Assembly (NCBI GenBank): GCA_030537065.1
Contig: JAUNOT010000001.1
Location: 5,255 to 68,640 of the forward strand
Direction: 5' to 3'
DNA: 63,386 bases
From: Conchiformibius sp.
GTDB taxonomy: Bacteria; Pseudomonadota; Gammaproteobacteria; Burkholderiales; Neisseriaceae
The translations under genes and the position numbers were made by a program. A model generated the notes under the pieces. It did no database searches and had not been told where the DNA came from. It saw only the letters and a list, made by a program, of their open reading frames with translations. This document shows, piece after piece, positions 61,880 to 63,386 of the stretch. The first letter of the stretch is position 1. Each line of letters begins with the position of its first letter.

Positions 61880-62938
61880 ATGCGTCCGCTTACCTGTGAA
61901 ATCCGCCTTAACCGTTTGCGCGATAATTATCAGATTTTAAAACATTTGCACGGCGGCAGACTGCTGGCCGTGGTCAAAGCCGATGCCTACGGACACGGCG
62001 CGGTACGCTGTGCACAGGCCTTGGACGATATGGCGGACGGCTTTGCGGTGGCGATGCTGGAAGAGGCGGTGGAATTGCGCGAACACGGTATCGGTAAGCC
62101 GATTGTGCTGCTGGAGGGCGTGTTTGAAGCGGCGGAATATGCACAGGTGGAACGCTATGATTTATGGCCGGTTATCCACCATCAGGCACAGTTGGAACAA
62201 TTTTTGGCCTACGATTGGGCGCGGCCGGTCAAAGTCTGGCTGAAAATGGACAGCGGCATGCACCGCGCCGGTATTTTTCCACACAACTACGCCGCCGCCT
62301 ACACCGCTTTGCAGCAAAGCCCGAAAGTGGCGGAAATTGTGAAAATGAGCCATTTTGCCTGCGCCGACGAAGCGGAACGCGGCATGACGGAAATGCAGTT
62401 GGAAACCTTTGACGCTGCCTGCGCCGGTTTGACCGGAGAAGAAAGTTTGGCCAACTCCGCCGCGCTGCTGGCCTACCCCGAAGCACGGCGCGACTGGGGG
62501 CGTGCCGGTTTGGCCTTGTACGGCATTTCGCCTTTCGGCGGCACGGATGAACGTTTGCAGGCGGTGATGCGCCTGACCACGCGTGTGTTTGCGGAACGGG
62601 TGTTGCAGCCGCATGAACCGGTCGGCTACGGCGCGGCGTTTTACACCAAACGTTCCACGCGAGTGGGGTTGATTGCCTGCGGCTACGGCGACGGTTATCC
62701 GCGCCGCGCCGCGACCGATACGCCGATAGCGGTAAACGGTTTGCGCACGCGCGTGATTGGACGGGTGTCGATGGATATGATGACGGTAGATTTAAACGAG
62801 GCGCACGAAGGCATCGGTGACGAGGTGGAACTGTTCGGCGATACGGTATCGGTAAACGAAGTGGCGGCGGCGGCCGGAACGTTGGCGTATGAAGTCGTGT
62901 GCAATATTAAACGCGCCAAACGGGTGTACAGCGAATAA
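61880..62938 (+). CDS. alr: Alanine racemase
   Basis: AVVKADAYGHG (PLP lysine), SHFACAD, GYGDGYPR, GRVSMD. Confidence 0.96.
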   Translation: MRPLTCEIRLNRLRDNYQILKHLHGGRLLAVVKADAYGHGAVRCAQALDDMADGFAVAMLEEAVELREHGIGKPIVLLEGVFEAAEYAQVERYDLWPVIHHQAQLEQFLAYDWARPVKVWLKMDSGMHRAGIFPHNYAAAYTALQQSPKVAEIVKMSHFACADEAERGMTEMQLETFDAACAGLTGEESLANSAALLAYPEARRDWGRAGLALYGISPFGGTDERLQAVMRLTTRVFAERVLQPHEPVGYGAAFYTKRSTRVGLIACGYGDGYPRRAATDTPIAVNGLRTRVIGRVSMDMMTVDLNEAHEGIGDEVELFGDTVSVNEVAAAAGTLAYEVVCNIKRAKRVYSE

Positions 62939-62981
62939 GCGGCAGGCTGCCTGAAAACGGTTTCAGGCAGCCCCAATTAGG

Positions 62982-63332
62982 TTATTGTTTTAAAACAAAC
63001 CCACGTTGAATTAACTTTTCCTCCTTAAATTTATTACCGTTCAATCCCAAATAAGTTCTCATAGCAATTTGTACAACAAGCCAAAATAGAAAAGCAAACA
63101 AGACTGTATTATCGTTCTGCCCACCATAGCCCCCTTGCGAAATAGCATAATTTACTCTAGATTCTATTGAAGATGATAATATAGAACCAGTAATAAAGAA
63201 TATTGCAAAGCAAGCCGTCGCCCATCCCCACAGACGATTATATAAAGACCAAATAATCGGAAAGAAGAAAGCAGTAAATGAAAAACCAACTTTAACTTCT
63301 TTTTCTTTACCATTTACATTATGATATTTTTT
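62982..63332 (-). pseudogene. DUF2628-like membrane protein lacking its start codon
   Basis: Open frame KKYHNVNGKEKEVKVGFSFTAFFFPIIWSLYNRLW..GN..LIQRGF; 5' end abuts the IS terminus; no in-frame ATG upstream of the motifs. Confidence 0.7.
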
Positions 63333-63334
63333 AA

Positions 63335-63386
63335 GGGGCTGTCCTAGATAACGACTAAATTCTCATTTATAGGTTAAGATAATGCC
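63335..63386. mobile_element. Terminal fragment of an IS1595-family (IS1016-like) element
   Basis: GGGGCTGTCCTAGATAAC resembles IS1016-type terminal repeats; the window ends here. Confidence 0.7.

Noticed and set aside
11291-62972. Recurring short repeats as a CRISPR array
   Set aside because: Dispersed DUS copies with no regular repeat-spacer period and no cas genes

Overview
Chromosomal segment, probably a contig end to end, from a commensal Neisseriaceae. The inference rests on abundant AGGCAGCCTGAA/AGGCTGCCTGAA uptake-sequence dialects (Kingella/Simonsiella/Conchiformibius-like). The left end runs into a large trimeric autotransporter adhesin; the right end stops in an IS1595/IS1016-like terminus. 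Most of the window is housekeeping: pdxA, uvrC, ispH, lspA, truA, dnaJ, gpmA, eda, fdx, truC, rnhB, dprA, dtd, lpxB, the S10(without rpsJ)/spc/alpha ribosomal clusters, waaC, rplU-rpmA, ruvA, ispA, ispB, relA, bioB, rpsP-rimM-trmD-rplS, alr and three tRNAs (Ser-GGA, Lys-TTT, Arg-CCT). The most unusual items are: LpxB with a ~330 aa acidic C-terminal extension; a pseudo-methyltransferase/TPR/GT-B protein overlapping waaC (candidate glycosylation module); uptake sequences supplying the stop codon and a QAA-type tail to seven genes; Correia-like and a second MITE type sharing a core; an rplC-first S10 operon with its own structured leader; a DnaA-box pair upstream of dprA; a frame-restored RraA deletion allele; and an AT-rich MolR/DUF4132-like orphan. 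All family calls come from motif recognition; no database searches were run.
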